This document shows, piece by piece, positions 60,548-64,000 of a DNA stretch of 64,000 nucleotides; the first letter of the stretch is position 1; the number at the start of each line of letters is the position of its first letter. The stretch is from the IMG/VR virus record IMGVR_UViG_3300032326_001218, one strand, 5' to 3'. Source of the stretch: an uncultured virus (IMG/VR IMGVR_UViG_3300032326_001218) (taxonomy: Duplodnaviria > Heunggongvirae > Uroviricota > Caudoviricetes). Below the pieces are notes generated by a model that saw nothing but the letters and a program-made list of their open reading frames with translations, ran no database searches and was not told the origin of the DNA. Both the position numbers and the translations under genes were made by a program.

Positions 60548-62359
60548 ATGAGTGTATATAATACAGAACCTGTGAAAAAAAATACCCAAAATAATCAATC
60601 CAAATCGGTGAACCGTATTCAACCCGGATTGAATACACCTTCTGCAAACCAAAGTAAAGGGATGACAGTTAGCTTCCAAACTACTGCTGATTTAAACCAG
60701 AAATACGAAGGTAAATTGTTTGACCCGGATAAGGGAAAATTTAAAACGATAGCGGATTATCATACACAAACAAATGCGGGAATAGCCGGAGTAGGTTATA
60801 ATATAATGCTATCAGCGAATTTTGGAAGTGCTGGTGCGATTGCTGCAGGGAAAGTACTTGGTATTGGACTTGGGACCACCAGTTTAGTGTTGGGCGAAAA
60901 TTATAGTGTTGGAAAGGCAGCCGCGATAACTAGTACTGCATATGCGTTAAAAGCGTCAAATTTTGGATATGAAGGTGTTAGAAACGCAATATCAGTACCG
61001 TTAAAAAAATGGGTAGGTACTGCTACAATACAGCAAAGACTTGGACGAAATGCGGTACATGTGTGGGAACAGACTGGCCAATGGTTATATGATGAGGTTT
61101 ATCATAAGATACCCATGATAAATCCATTGGGTGCAATTCCTGGCCACCATGTTGGGTTTAGTGTAGTTCCATTACAATGGGTGGAATCATATGTAACAAA
61201 AGATATGGCAAAAAGTGCTTACGGAGCGGTTTTTGGTAAAAAGCCGTATCAGCCGTGGCAAACGGGTCAGAGCAGTATTGACCGATTATATCTTGAAAAC
61301 AGTACGTTTAGTTTATCATCTCCAAGTGGTAATTCTGTTTCAAATTATATAAAACCAGCAAGTGTGGATTTCAACGCCACGATACGTTCTATACGTCCTC
61401 CAGAAACTGTATCTGATGCCGGAGCATCAACGTATAGAGTAAAAACTAGGAAACCACCCAAAGAAGAAAAATCGGAAGAAGAACTGTTAGTAAAATTTTT
61501 GACGGATTTTAACGCAGCTGCGCCGAAAAACAAATGGGAACGTAGATGGAAAGAAATAATATATCCAGAAATATATGCAGATTATAATAAAGCGATAGGA
61601 CAAATAGGAAAACTTGCATTAAAAAAGGCAACCGGTAACTGGTTTACTAATTTAGGTCAATGGTTTCAAAACGCTATGTTTGGCGATGTTGAAAAAGCAA
61701 TTAAAAACATCATTACGGGAACAGAAGGTACGAGTAAATTATCTAATGGAATAGATTATACCGATGAAATGATTGAAAAATTAGCAAAATTTAAAACTGA
61801 TTTAGAAAATGCAGGCGGAAAATTTATAATTAATTCAGATGGAAGTTATCATTTCCAATACCCAACCGAAGAGCAAGATAAAATTTATACGGAAAAATTA
61901 AGAACCAAATTTAAATATTCAACTACAGCAGCAGGCATGTTAGCAGGCGCGGACAAAGAAGACCCGGTTGATATTGCAAAAACACAAAACAATATACCTC
62001 TTATACGAAACATGAATAAAATCGCAAACAAAAACCAGGAAGATTTAAGTTTGAGGCAATTTATCAAAAACACGTATAATGTAGATGTTTTTAAAAAAAG
62101 ATTGGGTTCAAATCTTGAAAATATACAAAAATTAACCGGAAGGACAAAAGCTCAAGTAATTGATGCATTCTATGCACAATATCCACAATACCAAACGGAA
62201 GATTATAAAGTAGAAAAACAATTAAATAAATTGCCAGAAACCTGGCAAAAAAAACAATTTTTAGGCAAGTATAATAATTATCATGGGCTGAATAGAAAAG
62301 GTCGCTCTCAATTCACATATGACCCTCGAACCGGCCTTCGCAGAATAATCACTAATTAA
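60548..62359 (+). CDS. Hypothetical 603-aa protein
   Basis: Long clean ORF 3 nt after the upstream stop; no family recognised. Confidence 0.75.
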   Translation: MSVYNTEPVKKNTQNNQSKSVNRIQPGLNTPSANQSKGMTVSFQTTADLNQKYEGKLFDPDKGKFKTIADYHTQTNAGIAGVGYNIMLSANFGSAGAIAAGKVLGIGLGTTSLVLGENYSVGKAAAITSTAYALKASNFGYEGVRNAISVPLKKWVGTATIQQRLGRNAVHVWEQTGQWLYDEVYHKIPMINPLGAIPGHHVGFSVVPLQWVESYVTKDMAKSAYGAVFGKKPYQPWQTGQSSIDRLYLENSTFSLSSPSGNSVSNYIKPASVDFNATIRSIRPPETVSDAGASTYRVKTRKPPKEEKSEEELLVKFLTDFNAAAPKNKWERRWKEIIYPEIYADYNKAIGQIGKLALKKATGNWFTNLGQWFQNAMFGDVEKAIKNIITGTEGTSKLSNGIDYTDEMIEKLAKFKTDLENAGGKFIINSDGSYHFQYPTEEQDKIYTEKLRTKFKYSTTAAGMLAGADKEDPVDIAKTQNNIPLIRNMNKIANKNQEDLSLRQFIKNTYNVDVFKKRLGSNLENIQKLTGRTKAQVIDAFYAQYPQYQTEDYKVEKQLNKLPETWQKKQFLGKYNNYHGLNRKGRSQFTYDPRTGLRRIITN

Positions 62360-62386
62360 AAAAGATAATTTTTAATAATTAATTAT

Positions 62387-62671
62387 ATGAGATATAGAAA
62401 TAATCTAATTAAAAAAACAATAGACGGAAAGGAAGTTTATATACCAAATATTTTACCAGATATTCCGGATGCATCAACTGATATATACGTTGCTACCGAA
62501 ACCGGTGATAGATTGGATTCGTTGGCGTACACTTTTTACAAAGATTCAAATTTATGGTGGATAATAGCTGCAGCAAATAAAATTCATAATGCTCCTATTG
62601 GATTTCCTGATGGGACTATATTAAGAATACCATTAGCATACCAGGCCATACTTTCTCAAATAGGTTATTAA
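62387..62671 (+). CDS. LysM-like baseplate wedge protein (gp53 / tail protein X type)
   Basis: GDRLDSLAYTFYKDSNLWWIIAAAN...G..LRIP signature. Confidence 0.88.
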   Translation: MRYRNNLIKKTIDGKEVYIPNILPDIPDASTDIYVATETGDRLDSLAYTFYKDSNLWWIIAAANKIHNAPIGFPDGTILRIPLAYQAILSQIGY

Positions 62672-62689
62672 AAATAAAATATATACAAT

Positions 62690-64000
62690 ATGTCATATCC
62701 AATATTTGGTAGCATTGATACCGATATCTATAACAACATACAAACATCAGGTAAAGCGTCAACCGGGGGAAGTGTAGATATAACACAGGCCTCAACCGAA
62801 TTGGTGCCATGGGTTCGTATTATATCTGCAACCGATAGATTGCAAGCTGGGAAATCTGGTTCTTTTGGCTTGATACTTTATTCAAATCCAGATGTACCAA
62901 TGTTTTCGGATTACCTATCATTTACAAAGAATGCAAGTAATCAAATTACGGCGATAAACCAAACCCCTAGTGTGTATGGTGGAAGATATACAAGTGGCAT
63001 GCTTGGGGTGGATTTTAGTGGAAAGGCTATCTATCCGTATCTAACCCCATGGACAGGAGACCTTGTATTAAGACCTGGACCGTTGGTAACAGCTATGGAT
63101 ATAAAGGAAGGTAAAGACCAAATATCAAGACATTGTACTTTAACTGTTAAATGTTTTTCACTTGCACAAGCCGAACTTTTACAAGAATATTTAATGGAAC
63201 CTGGGCATACTCTGTTTGTTGAATATGGATGGAACACCGATGCATCAATTGCGGAATGTATAGATACTGCTACTCCTGGAACAATAATATCTGAAGCAAC
63301 TGATGTGGGATTGGATTACTCTTTACTACAAAATAAACGAATAAGTTCATATGGTGATTATGATGCGTTTTATGGATTTATAGTGGGTGGTTCTTTGAGT
63401 TCGGAAAATGATATATTCAATTTAACAATTAATTTAAGAGGTGCACCAGGATTACCAATATTTCTACAAGGGCAACACACTTATTTAGAGTTGGATAAAA
63501 GTACCAAACAGGTTAAAAATATACCGGCAACGCAAACGTATTCAATAAATGATATTGATGAGGTTGCGACTGGTGCAAGTAGAGGTAAAACAATGGGTGG
63601 TAGAAGGTATAAATGGATGTTTAACAAACTACCTGGAAATAGACAAACAGCTGAAGTTAAAGCTATAATTCAAAAGGTATATGATACTGACCAATATGGG
63701 TGGTGGGATTTACTAAATTTTGATTATAAAGTTTCACAAGAAGTGGCTAATGCATTAGCGGATACATTTATTACTTCTATAAAAGAATTATTTGGTCAAA
63801 AAGAATTTAGTGTTGGTGGATTAACCGTTCCAAAAGATAAATTGATTTCTGAAAACCGATATATAAGATTTGGAGTTGCACTTGATATACTTAATGCAAA
63901 TAATGGATTGTGGGCATATAAAATGGGAACTCAGTCGGTTACTTGTAGAGTAAATAATTATGGATTGATTGGAGCATTTCCAAATATGTTTTCTACCAAA
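62690..64000 (+). CDS. Probable baseplate hub protein (runs off the window; absent from the ORF track)
   Basis: Manual translation of the 5' part: MSYPIFGSID...PWVRIIS...LRPGPLVTAMDIKEG...RHCTLTVKCFSLAQAELLQEYLMEPGHTLFVEYGWN; position after the LysM gene fits a gp27-like hub. Confidence 0.6.
   Translation, partial: MSYPIFGSIDTDIYNNIQTSGKASTGGSVDITQASTELVPWVRIISATDRLQAGKSGSFGLILYSNPDVPMFSDYLSFTKNASNQITAINQTPSVYGGRYTSGMLGVDFSGKAIYPYLTPWTGDLVLRPGPLVTAMDIKEGKDQISRHCTLTVKCFSLAQAELLQEYLMEPGHTLFVEYGWNTDASIAECIDTATPGTIISEATDVGLDYSLLQNKRISSYGDYDAFYGFIVGGSLSSENDIFNLTINLRGAPGLPIFLQGQHTYLELDKSTKQVKNIPATQTYSINDIDEVATGASRGKTMGGRRYKWMFNKLPGNRQTAEVKAIIQKVYDTDQYGWWDLLNFDYKVSQEVANALADTFITSIKELFGQKEFSVGGLTVPKDKLISENRYIRFGVALDILNANNGLWAYKMGTQSVTCRVNNYGLIGAFPNMFSTK

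Noticed and set aside
1..64000. Stop-codon reassignment as in some large phages
   Set aside because: Genes up to 12 kb are intact in the standard code, and TAA, TAG (55661, 51757) and TGA (15213) all end genes at sensible positions.
51894..64000. Bacterial contractile injection system (eCIS/tailocin) rather than a phage
   Set aside because: A gp23-like capsid and neck genes are in the same module, and no host genes are present.
1..64000. tRNA, rRNA, introns, inteins or homing endonucleases
   Set aside because: Intergenic gaps are short and mostly explained by terminators and the upstream motif. No LAGLIDADG, HNH, GIY-YIG or intein motifs were recognised by eye.

Overview
This window is the virion-morphogenesis region of an AT-rich, T4-like (contractile-tailed) large phage using the standard genetic code, with every real gene on the + strand. 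The order is: 3' end of the major capsid gene, a head-proximal cluster of fibre/lectin-like genes, neck and head-completion genes (gp13/gp14/gp15-like), about 36 kb of giant fibre genes (4021, 3599 and 3135 aa) with small partners, tail sheath, tail tube, gp26/gp51-like chaperones, tape measure, tube initiator, an orphan 603-aa gene, a LysM/gp53-like gene and the 5' part of a baseplate hub gene. Main observations: (1) the 4021-aa protein has 21 repeats with an invariant C-x-R-D motif resembling the bilin-binding helix of phycobiliproteins; (2) 21 separate single helices balance those repeats like nested brackets, implying a branched fold; (3) the 3599-aa fibre has two amicyanin-type blue-copper motifs, and the 4021-aa protein has a ligand-less copy; (4) there are proline-poor (Gly-Ser/Thr-Ser)n tracts of up to about 1085 aa; (5) a probable +1/-2 frameshift joins the gp26-like and gp51-like ORFs; (6) an ATATTTAT motif precedes 11 genes. 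All family assignments come from motif recognition by eye; no database searches were run.
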